Of a stretch of 28,456 bases of DNA, positions 12,601 through 20,352 are shown piece by piece. A program made the position numbers and the translations under genes. Below the pieces are notes generated by a model. It was not told the DNA's origin, ran no database searches, and worked only from the letters and a program-made list of their open reading frames with translations. The DNA comes from an uncultured archaeon. GTDB taxonomy: Archaea > Asgardarchaeota > Lokiarchaeia > Sigyniarchaeales > Promethearchaeaceae. The stretch spans positions 6,571 to 35,026 of the forward strand of contig CAYRPF010000029.1 of the NCBI GenBank assembly GCA_964426185.1, read 5' to 3'. Each line of letters begins with the position of its first letter. Positions within the stretch are counted from its first letter, which is position 1.

Positions 12601-13933
12601 AGCTTATTACCGTTTCTTTGATGTAGTGATTTTTGATGAAGCTTCCCAAGTTACTCCCGAAGATGGAATCGGGGCTATAGCTCGCGGTAAAAGTCTCGTA
12701 GTAGTAGGTGATTCAGAGCAATTACCACCCACCCGATTTTTTACCAGTAAGAAAAGTGATGAAATGTTCGATGAAACTTTGGATACGGAAATACAAACGA
12801 TGGAATCGCTGCTGGATGAATGCACCGGCATCGGGTTCAGGGAGAAAATGCTAAGATTTCACTACCGTTCCAAAAAGGAAGGGCTGATTGCCTTCAGCAA
12901 TTATAACTACTACAATGGGAAGTTGTTTAGTTTTCCCGATATCGGCAATATCTCTCCAAATAACTCATTAAATATTTCAAATTCCGCTCAAAAGGGTCAA
13001 AATTCCAGTATAACTGGATACTCAGAAATTCACCACCTTCCCGCCATTCAATTCTGTTATATTCCCAAAGGTGTTAAAGAAAAAGGGCGTAACCCCATCG
13101 AGGCTCAAGCGGTAGCTCAAGCCATAGTGCAACACTATCGAAATAACCAAGCTGCGAGAACAAATTATTCTTTGGGAGTGGTGGCTTTTTCAATCGTTCA
13201 ACAAGCAGAAATTGAGGATGCACTGCATAAATTATTAAAAAAGTATCCTGAAGTAGAAGAATTGGCAAATAGGACCCAAGATGAGAAATATTTTATAAAA
13301 AATCTGGAAAATGTGCAAGGAGATGAAAGGGATTTTATTTTTTTCAGTGTCGGTTACACCCGAGATGCTAGTGGTAATTTCAGCCTAAATTTCGGACCTT
13401 TAAACAGAACAGGAGGTTATCGGCGGTTAAACGTGGCTATCACTCGCGCTCGTTATCATTGCAAGCTCTTTGCATCCTTTTTACCTTCAGAAATATCCAT
13501 GGATCGGGTTAAAGCCCGGGGATTAAAGGATTTGCTAAATTATATGGAATATGCTCGATCGGGAAGACTTCCTCTCAATTTAATTCCCGAATCGTTGGAA
13601 AAGCAAGAATTAGATACCGATACTTTGGAATTCGATATTAAGGAGGCATTAGAAGAAGAAGGATTTACAGTGGTACCGAAAGTTGGTATTTCGAACATCA
13701 GAGTCGATTTGGCCGTTGTACATCCCAATGACCACACTCGTTATATTTTGGGAATTGAGTGCGATGACGGTTCATATGCAGAAGCATTAAATGCACGTGA
13801 TAGAGATCGAATCCGATACAATGTCCTTACAGGGCTGGGATGGAAAATTCTGCATATATATACCCCAGAATGGATTTATCAACGCGAAAAAACACTTCAA
13901 CGGATTAAAAGAATTATTTTTTCTCAAATTTAA
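9668..13933 (+). CDS. DUF4011 - SF1 (UPF1/DNA2-like) helicase - C-terminal Vsr-like/MTES_1575 restriction-endonuclease fold; Hhe-like defence protein
   Basis: DUF4011 'KLQFWKSSFLDLSYRNNQLNF', 'EERGINTLFLTFGLLNW...SPILFIP'; helicase 'QGPPGTGKS', 'FDEASQ', 'GDSEQLPP', 'HYRS', 'ENVQGDERD', 'RRLNVAITRAR'; nuclease 'RVDLAV..ILGIECD..RDRDR.R..L..LGW'. Confidence 0.9.
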   Translation: MDYMETEPTNRARAKLQFWKSSFLDLSYRNNQLNFNPMGKNVIEILHQDSSAFFKILVIMQQTFTIPSVYSPSKRKIKSTKEPQKLKILEIPSKIASSLTSPHIRALNKKKKDLRLTELLTYENDINLKKKIGNLRAKTEEMLEERGINTLFLTFGLLNWQEPNEKQSYTSPILFIPIEIKANPLEITLLDDEVIVNPALREKLREFGEHLPNFPDEFSTRTFLRFFSELSSNIQDKKNWKVESRQFISTFAFTKVNLFEDIDDHADLILSHPIIKAIAEEQGFEEAPENIPNLEQLSGEANPKRFYTLLDSDSSQMEAILYAKSGCSLVIQGPPGTGKSQCIANIIGECLAEGKKVLFVAQKKAALNVVKRRLDRCGIGDFCLLVHSQNSNKKNLLQSIQNTMDRNFPIHSLPENKFHDLIQARNRLNEYVELVNQPFGKMQKSIYQIAGKMLKFKNIPKIQAPFRDPNLVTFQDYTLLKTLFGELDQFRHTMENYSKNPWYTARITHPLILSNELKVRLKECLTLFRESNFALQEQIRQFHFKFPLNFDHNPDIITEWQQQQRKIQYWMEAMRNLFPHWLKLEESYQELRDYFDIDALIDYTQLNFESFRQIRLAFNLGKTLKDQLSSPVDEKLQKYADMLQTFQDHLNVFNLKSLIAPIQTVQELSDVHQFFQRFYPKALLLPVDLLVSRFTTDYLVWRKRLSSTYREDRKQILACRREGRKKVRPLDYLNQIKKFQDSFGKPYHHTAVEISSMVSEFEILYQDWGKLHQMEQELRPFFKISYLPTAIDQSIWDNNHSFAQQWLDNLPYLNDWFEVQVRAHQIADLGYAELFKALLDEKFYLPDNYTPVSYELIFLHSFYGYWLDNIMDSLPPLVNFERSFYIKQLKRFRQRDEEILKINQQRLAQQLAQRRPQSEVDLSLEILTQIGYLRREAKKKRNIKPLRHIFKESQQLITQITPCFLMSPLSIANYLDLEAYYRFFDVVIFDEASQVTPEDGIGAIARGKSLVVVGDSEQLPPTRFFTSKKSDEMFDETLDTEIQTMESLLDECTGIGFREKMLRFHYRSKKEGLIAFSNYNYYNGKLFSFPDIGNISPNNSLNISNSAQKGQNSSITGYSEIHHLPAIQFCYIPKGVKEKGRNPIEAQAVAQAIVQHYRNNQAARTNYSLGVVAFSIVQQAEIEDALHKLLKKYPEVEELANRTQDEKYFIKNLENVQGDERDFIFFSVGYTRDASGNFSLNFGPLNRTGGYRRLNVAITRARYHCKLFASFLPSEISMDRVKARGLKDLLNYMEYARSGRLPLNLIPESLEKQELDTDTLEFDIKEALEEEGFTVVPKVGISNIRVDLAVVHPNDHTRYILGIECDDGSYAEALNARDRDRIRYNVLTGLGWKILHIYTPEWIYQREKTLQRIKRIIFSQI

Positions 13934-13976
13934 TGAAAATGAGAAATGCAAGGAAAAAAAGTAAATTACATGCGGT

Positions 13977-13988
13977 AAACTTTTAATA
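13977..13988 (+). promoter_or_regulatory. Archaeal BRE/TATA for the 14011 gene (leaderless spacing)
   Basis: AAAC-TTTTAATA ending ~23 nt before ATG 14011. Confidence 0.5.
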
Positions 13989-14010
13989 TTCCCAAAGGCA
14001 ATTCCTTTTT

Positions 14011-14646
14011 ATGAGCATTAAAGACTTTCTGCCGATTGATCCAGAAATTGAACAATTTCAATTTGATAAGAAAATTACAGAATCAATCAATAAGCAACAA
14101 TACTTGGAAGATGGAGTTCGTCGGGCTTTAAATGAGTTAGCCAATCAATTAAAGAAGTCTGCTCAAGAAATACAGCACTATTTAGTCATTCAAAGAGAAA
14201 ATGAGCGTAACTATATCCAATTAATCAATCGAAAGTCTGATTTAGTTTTAAAAAGCGATTTAAGCCAGTTAAGAACCGAAAATAGTCAAATGGAGCAGAA
14301 ATTACAAGTTCAAGAACATATACTTAATTCCTTGTTAGATTTATCCAATGATTACAAAGAATACACAAAAACCTTGAAAAATTTGGGAAAAATTATGGAA
14401 AAATTAAATAAGTCTCAAAGTTCTTGGCGTGATGCTGCAGCAGAATTGGCAAAACTACGTGGTTCTCAAATGGCATCTGGTGGAAAATTACAAAAAGTTG
14501 AAAATAAAATTGAGGCGGGAAAGGCCTCGGTAATTAAAATCCGATCAGAAGTGAAACATCGTAAATCATTTGTGTTAACCACATTGAAACGAATTAACGA
14601 AACTTTATTGAAATTAAAAAATGGAATCAAGAGCTTTATTAATTAA
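14011..14646 (+). CDS. All-helical coiled-coil protein, possibly BAR-domain (Vps5/SNX-BAR-like)
   Basis: 211 aa with heptad periodicity throughout, no TM, Pro only at the N-terminus; segment 'DYKEYTKTLK...WRDAAAELAKLR...GKLQKVENKIE'. The CDS is certain; the BAR call is tentative. Confidence 0.6.
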   Translation: MSIKDFLPIDPEIEQFQFDKKITESINKQQYLEDGVRRALNELANQLKKSAQEIQHYLVIQRENERNYIQLINRKSDLVLKSDLSQLRTENSQMEQKLQVQEHILNSLLDLSNDYKEYTKTLKNLGKIMEKLNKSQSSWRDAAAELAKLRGSQMASGGKLQKVENKIEAGKASVIKIRSEVKHRKSFVLTTLKRINETLLKLKNGIKSFIN

Positions 14647-14664
14647 TTTTTTTTCTGTTCTGCA

Positions 14665-15660
14665 TTATTTTAGAAGATGTAAGTAAAATTCAATCATTTT
14701 GCGAAGTAAATCTTTATGATGTTTTAACCCAAAAGGAGGTAAATCTTCTTCAGCAGGTTTTCCCTTAATTATTGCTTTCGTCACATCAAAAATTGCCATG
14801 TCTTGGGCATCATCGCCAGCTTGGAAGATTTTTTTCAATGATTTCTCATCCATTTTATATTGTGTCAAATCCAAGTATAGCGCATAAGCTGTTGTCATAT
14901 AGACTCGCTTAGTTCCATCAGCATTGCGTTCCTGTTCTGTAGTTGGAATAGTGGTAATATAATATATATTGCTGGAAATTTCGCTTAAATCTTTTGATAT
15001 CCTTTCAAAACCGTGTACTTTTACCGGAATTTCTGGAATGGAGTAATTTTCTCTTAATGATTCTAAATTTCCTTCATAGGTTATGCTTAAATTGCTCTCT
15101 TCTCTCACTTCCCTAAGCATGGTGTAAATAGGGGAGTCTAACATCTCAGATGTATTCAGAATTCCACCTATGATAGCGGGAGCACCTTGACCTGGAGGAT
15201 TTTTTCTTACTATTCCTACAAAATAATGTCGGGCGCCGGATTTAATGAAAATACCCAAATCAGCTGCTAAAGTTGGTTTGATCCATGCTAACTGGCCAAT
15301 AAAATCAAGTTTCAATGCCCTAAGCTCATTTTCACCATTATTTGATATAATAGTGCATTGTAACCAATCTCCATATCGCCCCGGGTAATATTTTCCCGAA
15401 TTAGTGAGTGATTTGTAAAAATCTAATAGAATTGATTCGATGTCATCTTCTTTTGCATTGGTAATATCCCAAATTTGTCCAAATAAATCCAATCGGTTTT
15501 GCTTTAACTCAATTAAGGGGGCAGAAACAGCTTTACGTTTTTTAATTAAGGTGAAACCAGGCTTTTGAATTTTATTATTTTTGATGAGTAAGCCGTATTG
15601 CTTAACAAAAAAAGGAGATGAAGGTTCACGGAATTTTTTGTTTTTTTGCAGAAATTTCAT
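14665..15660 (-). CDS. Nudix hydrolase with long N-terminal extension (ADP-ribose pyrophosphatase-like)
   Basis: 'RKNPPGQGAPAIIGG', Nudix box 'MLREVREESNL', 'AGDDA'. ATG 15660 (MKFLQ) follows GGAGG; alternative start 15699. Confidence 0.8.
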   Translation of the reverse strand: MKFLQKNKKFREPSSPFFVKQYGLLIKNNKIQKPGFTLIKKRKAVSAPLIELKQNRLDLFGQIWDITNAKEDDIESILLDFYKSLTNSGKYYPGRYGDWLQCTIISNNGENELRALKLDFIGQLAWIKPTLAADLGIFIKSGARHYFVGIVRKNPPGQGAPAIIGGILNTSEMLDSPIYTMLREVREESNLSITYEGNLESLRENYSIPEIPVKVHGFERISKDLSEISSNIYYITTIPTTEQERNADGTKRVYMTTAYALYLDLTQYKMDEKSLKKIFQAGDDAQDMAIFDVTKAIIKGKPAEEDLPPFGLKHHKDLLRKMIEFYLHLLK

Positions 15661-15747
15661 ATTTTTCCCTCCATGTAAAAAAAACATGAAAAAATTCATT
15701 GAATTATAAATGAAAAATAAAAAATGAAATTTGATAAATTTTTGATG

Positions 15748-16092
15748 CTATTGGATTTTAGCACCCGGTTTTAGCTTATCTTGCAATTTTTCATCTGGTT
15801 TTAATAAGATTGCCTTACCTCCTACATCTGCAGCCAATAACATCCCTTGACTTTCAATCCCCATCATCTTCCGGGGTTTTAAATTTGTGCAGACAATTAT
15901 AAAGAGATCCACCAATTCTTCGGGTTTATACCATGCTGAAATGCCCGAAAGAATTTGTCTGGGCTTCTCTTCTCCTATATCTACTTGTAATTTTAGCAGA
16001 TTCTTGGATTTTGGCACTTTTTCAGCTGTGACTATTTTTCCAACTCGCAGATCAACCGCATCAAACTCCTGGAATTCAATTGTATTTCCCAT
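15748..16092 (-). CDS. Stand-alone tRNA-binding OB-fold protein (Trbp111 / MetRS C-terminal / CsaA family)
   Basis: 'FDAVDLRVGKIVTAEKVPKSKNLLKLQVDIG', 'RQILSGI', 'NLKPRKMMGIESQGMLLAA', 'PGAKI'. Confidence 0.93.
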   Translation of the reverse strand: MGNTIEFQEFDAVDLRVGKIVTAEKVPKSKNLLKLQVDIGEEKPRQILSGISAWYKPEELVDLFIIVCTNLKPRKMMGIESQGMLLAADVGGKAILLKPDEKLQDKLKPGAKIQ

Positions 16093-16231
16093 AACTTAGT
16101 CATACAACTTAACCTTTTGTGATTCAAAAAACTTACTTTTCCTAAAAAATCAGAATTATCAAATAACATCTTAATTTTGTAAAAATATCAGATGGAATTG
16201 AGATTTTTGACAGTATTGAGGCTGATGCATC

Positions 16232-17146
16232 GTGAGTAAACAAATAATGATGAAAGAAAAAAAGAAAAAGTATCAGAAAGAACTAAACAGTAGCACAGAA
16301 ATGGAAATTAATAATCCGGAAGGTTATCAAATTCGCAGAATTTCTAAAATGGCCCGGTTAATTGATGAATTTACCAGTTTATCCAAAAAAAAAAATATTA
16401 TCTGGAGTTTTACTCAAGTGGATGTTACCGAGGCACGGGAAAAAATACGATTACATTTTAAGCGGACAGGAGAAAAAATCAGTTTTACCGCTTTTATCAT
16501 TACTGTTTTTGCCCGCACAGTGGCTAATCATAAATACCCCATGAATGCCATGCGAAAAGGAAAAAAAAAATTATATGTTTTTGACGATGTAGATGTTATG
16601 ACTAATATTGAGCGTGAATTACCTGATGGAAGCAAGAAACCCGTATCTTATACTATTCGCAAGGCCCATACCAAAACTCTCAAGGAAATCAGTCAAGAAC
16701 TGCGCGAAGCCCAAAAAACAAAGCATATTCAAGCTGCAAGTGGTCAGAAAAATGCATTACTCAAAAAAGTGGCAAAAAATGTGCATAAATCACCCAAGTT
16801 TATGCGAAAATTAATATTAAATTATATGTTTAAAGATCCGAAGTTTAAAAAGAGTGCCATGGGAACCGTGGGAGTGACGGCCGTGGGCATGTTCGGTTCG
16901 GGAATGGGGAAAATGATACATCTAACCCCGCATACCCTCAGTTTGGGCGTTGGTGGAATGGAAAGCCTACCTACCAACTACATTGGGGAGATAGTATTAA
17001 GGGATCAAATTGGATTAACAATTGCAATGGATCATGCTATTATTGACGGAGCTCCAGCTGCCCGTTTTTTCCATGATTTACGCCAAATGTTCATGTATTT
17101 CTGCCACGATGCTGATTGGTGTTTTAAATCCTTAGATAATGGTTAG
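16232..17146 (+). CDS. 2-oxoacid dehydrogenase E2-type acyltransferase catalytic domain, stand-alone (no lipoyl domain)
   Basis: 'VDVTEA', 'KISFTAFII', 'KTLKEISQEL', 'GTVGVTAVGMFG', catalytic 'MDHAIIDGAPAARF'. Start uncertain (GTG 16232 or a downstream ATG). Confidence 0.87.
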   Translation: MSKQIMMKEKKKKYQKELNSSTEMEINNPEGYQIRRISKMARLIDEFTSLSKKKNIIWSFTQVDVTEAREKIRLHFKRTGEKISFTAFIITVFARTVANHKYPMNAMRKGKKKLYVFDDVDVMTNIERELPDGSKKPVSYTIRKAHTKTLKEISQELREAQKTKHIQAASGQKNALLKKVAKNVHKSPKFMRKLILNYMFKDPKFKKSAMGTVGVTAVGMFGSGMGKMIHLTPHTLSLGVGGMESLPTNYIGEIVLRDQIGLTIAMDHAIIDGAPAARFFHDLRQMFMYFCHDADWCFKSLDNG

Positions 17147-17262
17147 AATTTGTATTTTTCTAATATTATTTCAAAATTTATAAAATGAATGTTGATATTT
17201 TAAATTAAAACTTGATATAAATTGAAAATTATTTATAGTATCGAATCTATAAATAGCACATA

Positions 17263-18987
17263 ATGTCAGAACAAAAACCATGGTTAAAATACTATGGCGA
17301 AGTGCCTCATGTTATCGAAATTCCCGAAATGACGCTGTATGAAAAGCTAGTGGAAACTTCGCGAAAATATCCTGATCAGCTATCATGGGATTTTATGGGA
17401 ACACAGTATACATATCGAAAATTCTTGCATGAAGTGGATTTATTCGCAAATGCTTTGGCTGGTATTGGATTTAAACAAGGTGATACCATTACCATCAGTA
17501 TGCCCACCGCTCCCAATGGGATCATTCCGATCTATGCTGTGAATAAACTCGGTGGAATCTGTTCGATGATTCACCCATTAAGTCCTCCCGCAAAAATTAA
17601 AATGTACCTCCAAATGTCAAAAAGTAGATTTGCGCTTACTTTAGATGCATTTTACGGGGCATTTAATGAAATTTTGGATGAAACAGATGTTGAAACATTA
17701 ATTTTGGCAAAAATTGGAGATTATCTAAGCCCAATCATGCGATTAGGGTTTTGGGTTACCAAAGGTCGAAAAATTCAAAAAATTCCATATGATTCGCGAG
17801 TCTTCTGGTACAAAAAATTAATTCAAACAAATTACCCTGTTGTACCGAAATCAAATATGAAATCGACTGATTTGGCAATAATTCTCTATTCAGGAGGCAC
17901 AACAGGAGTTCCAAAGGGAATCATGCTTTCGAATAAAAACTTGGTAGCAGAAGGTTTAATGGCCGCCCATTGGGGTGATATATCTCCAGGAGATCGAATT
18001 TTAGCAATTTTACCCATATTTCATGGTTTTGGATTGGGTGTATGCGTAAATGCCGTTTTTATGCGGGGAGGCGCCAGTATTTTGGTTCCAACCTTTACAC
18101 CCGAAACGGTGGCTAAGTTAGTCAAACAGAAACGCCCTCAATACCTAATTGGAGTCCCTACATTATTTGAGTCCTTAGCAAATAACCCACAATTTCAACA
18201 AACTAATCTTTCTTGCTTAAAAGTATGTTTCTCCGGTGCTGATACCCTTCCCCGTAAAACCAAAGAAAAATTCGAGGATGTTGTGCGAGAGGCAGGAGGA
18301 AATGTGGTATTATTAGAAGGTTACGGTTTAACTGAAGCGGTGACCGCTATAATGGCATCCCCCATTCAAGAATATCGTGAAAATAGCATTGGTATACCCT
18401 TTCCCAATATGGATGCGAAAATTTGCAAATTAGATACCATCGAAGAACAGAAAATTGGTGAAGATGGAGAAATTGTGGTTTCCGGGCCTGCAGTTATGAT
18501 GGGATATATGAACCGACTTGAAGAAACTAGAAAAGTGCTAAAGAATCATGCTGATGGTAAAATTTGGCTTCATACGGGCGATATTGGATATCAAGACAAA
18601 GATGGCTTTTTCTACTTCAAATTACGGAAAAAACGGATGTTGAAAGTAAGTGGAGTCAATGTTTACCCTAAAAATGTGGAAGAAGTCTTGCGAAAACACC
18701 CGGATGTGGCTCAAGCTTGTGTGATTGGGATTCCTGATAAGAAACAAATTTCACGAGTTAAGGCTTTTATTGTGTTGAAGGCGGGAATAGAACCTTCAGA
18801 TGAACGTAAAAAGTCGATTTTGGAACACTGTAAATCACAGTTGTTAAAATGGGAAACACCACGAGAGATTGAATTTCGCACGACTCTACCGCTAACTTTG
18901 GTAGGTAAAATCGCGTTTAAAGAGTTGGAAGATGAAGAATTGGCCAAATTAAAGGCAAAAAAAGCATACCCATTTGATGAAGAATAA
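17263..18987 (+). CDS. fadD: Long-chain fatty acid--CoA ligase (AMP-binding family)
   Basis: 'KPWLKYY', 'YSGGTTGVPKG', 'LPIFHGFG', 'EGYGLTE', 'WLHTGD', 'SGVNVYP', 'LPLTLVGKI'. Confidence 0.93.
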   Translation: MSEQKPWLKYYGEVPHVIEIPEMTLYEKLVETSRKYPDQLSWDFMGTQYTYRKFLHEVDLFANALAGIGFKQGDTITISMPTAPNGIIPIYAVNKLGGICSMIHPLSPPAKIKMYLQMSKSRFALTLDAFYGAFNEILDETDVETLILAKIGDYLSPIMRLGFWVTKGRKIQKIPYDSRVFWYKKLIQTNYPVVPKSNMKSTDLAIILYSGGTTGVPKGIMLSNKNLVAEGLMAAHWGDISPGDRILAILPIFHGFGLGVCVNAVFMRGGASILVPTFTPETVAKLVKQKRPQYLIGVPTLFESLANNPQFQQTNLSCLKVCFSGADTLPRKTKEKFEDVVREAGGNVVLLEGYGLTEAVTAIMASPIQEYRENSIGIPFPNMDAKICKLDTIEEQKIGEDGEIVVSGPAVMMGYMNRLEETRKVLKNHADGKIWLHTGDIGYQDKDGFFYFKLRKKRMLKVSGVNVYPKNVEEVLRKHPDVAQACVIGIPDKKQISRVKAFIVLKAGIEPSDERKKSILEHCKSQLLKWETPREIEFRTTLPLTLVGKIAFKELEDEELAKLKAKKAYPFDEE

Positions 18988-18990
18988 AAA

Positions 18991-19104
18991 AAAACATGGA
19001 TGAATTTCAAAATTCAAGGATCAATTTGGATACTCCTTTTTTTTATTCCATCTTCTTAATTTTCATTTAATTTATCCTTCGACTTGAAAATTCATCAAAA
19101 CATG
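18991..19104. mobile_element. Candidate 98-bp MITE (18999-19096) with imperfect terminal inverted repeats and 8-bp target-site duplication
   Basis: AAAACATG at 18991-18998 and 19097-19104 directly abut the ends GATGAATTTCAA... and ...TTGAAAATTCATC; the inverted similarity extends ~28 bp (AAGGAT/ATCCTT). Confidence 0.55.
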
Positions 19105-19115
19105 TATGATGATGA

Positions 19116-20015
19116 TTATTTTTTAAGTGGAATGTCATTAAGCGTTTCAAAGACTTGATAGATAGCCTGCGTTCCCTTATTCTCTAAACCCAAATTCATA
19201 GCAACTATGTAAAATTGATGGGCCAAAGACAATCCAGGAAGTGCCAAATGCATACGCTCGGCTTCTTTAAGGGCTATTCCCATATCTTTCACAAAATGTT
19301 TTATAAAAAAACCTGAATCAATGCGATTGTCAATCATCCGCTTACCCAAATTGACTAAAGACCAAGATGATGCCGTCCCCTTGCCTAAAACTTCGATAGT
19401 CTTTTTCAGATTTAAACCCTCTTTATAGGCAAATTGAAGTGCTTCAACCACCCCAATCATAGTATTAGCGATTAGAATCTGATTGCTGATTTTAGTAGAC
19501 TGACCCGAGCCCGCGGCACCCATATAGGTAATTTCTTCAGCAAAGATCTTAAATAGGGGGTAGATTTCATCAAAAATATGCTCATCTCCACCTACCATAA
19601 TGGCGAGTTTCTTATTTCTTGCAGCTAAATCCGGGCCTGATATTGGGGCATCTAAAGCAAATGCGCCCTTTTCCTTTGCAGCAGCATAAATCTCACGGGC
19701 CAAATCAGGCTCAGAAGTGGTCATATCAACTAAAATAGTTCCCTCACTGACGCTCGCCAATAATCCATCATTTCTATCAGTGCCGAAGTAAACCTTCCGT
19801 ACATCACCGGGAAATCCTAACATAGTAAAAATAATTTTGCTGCTTTCTGCCACTTCACGGGGGTTTAAACATAAATGGCCACCCAAATCCACTAAATCAT
19901 TGCACTTTTCAATAGTACGGTTGTACACAGCAACTTTATGTCCAGCTTTGATTAAATGGGACGCTAAAGTTTTTCCGGTTGTTCCAGTTCCAATCCAGCC
20001 AATATCTCTTACCAT
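19116..20015 (-). CDS. NAD(P)-dependent beta-hydroxyacid dehydrogenase (3-hydroxyisobutyrate dehydrogenase / tartronate semialdehyde reductase family)
   Basis: 'IGWIGTG', 'YNRT', 'VDMTTSEP', 'LDAPISG', 'IMVGG', catalytic Lys in 'GSGQSTKISNQ', 'HFVKDMGIAL'. Confidence 0.92.
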   Translation of the reverse strand: MVRDIGWIGTGTTGKTLASHLIKAGHKVAVYNRTIEKCNDLVDLGGHLCLNPREVAESSKIIFTMLGFPGDVRKVYFGTDRNDGLLASVSEGTILVDMTTSEPDLAREIYAAAKEKGAFALDAPISGPDLAARNKKLAIMVGGDEHIFDEIYPLFKIFAEEITYMGAAGSGQSTKISNQILIANTMIGVVEALQFAYKEGLNLKKTIEVLGKGTASSWSLVNLGKRMIDNRIDSGFFIKHFVKDMGIALKEAERMHLALPGLSLAHQFYIVAMNLGLENKGTQAIYQVFETLNDIPLKK

Positions 20016-20157
20016 AACGTATCACATTAATTTTAACGAGTTCATATTAAAAATTTTATGGAGTAAATACTATTTTTTATATTCACCATTATTTTACAAA
20101 AAAAAAGTAATTATTAAATAAGTAAATTGCATTCAAATCATCTATAGAGGTGTAAAA

Positions 20158-20331
20158 ATGGAAAAATCATGTGAAAACTGTATACATTTCCTTTCATGTT
20201 CAACCGAGAATGAGAAAGATGTCAGAGGTTATTGTTCCACCGATCCCGAAGTGGTCGGATACTGCCATCTTTGGGAAGGTGCTAGATATAAGATCGAACC
20301 CTGCGAAGGATGGAAAGCTAAGATTGCTTAA
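20158..20331 (+). CDS. Small Cys-rich protein (57 aa), HiPIP-like Fe-S or Zn-binding; absent from the ORF track
   Basis: Hand translation MEKSCENCIHFLSCSTENEKDVRGYCSTDPEVVGYCHLWEGARYKIEPCEGWKAKIA*; Shine-Dalgarno-like GAGGTG at 20147-20152; T-run right after the stop. Confidence 0.78.
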   Translation: MEKSCENCIHFLSCSTENEKDVRGYCSTDPEVVGYCHLWEGARYKIEPCEGWKAKIA

Positions 20332-20335
20332 AGAG

Positions 20336-20352
20336 CAGCTTTTTTTTTGCTG
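20336..20352 (+). terminator. Oligo-T terminator after the small Cys-rich ORF
   Basis: CAGC-TTTTTTTTT-GCTG a few nt after TAA 20331. Confidence 0.55.

Noticed and set aside
15748-16092. Truncated methionyl-tRNA synthetase pseudogene
   Set aside because: Complete stand-alone domain with its own start and upstream TATA-like element; free-standing Trbp111-type genes are common in archaea.
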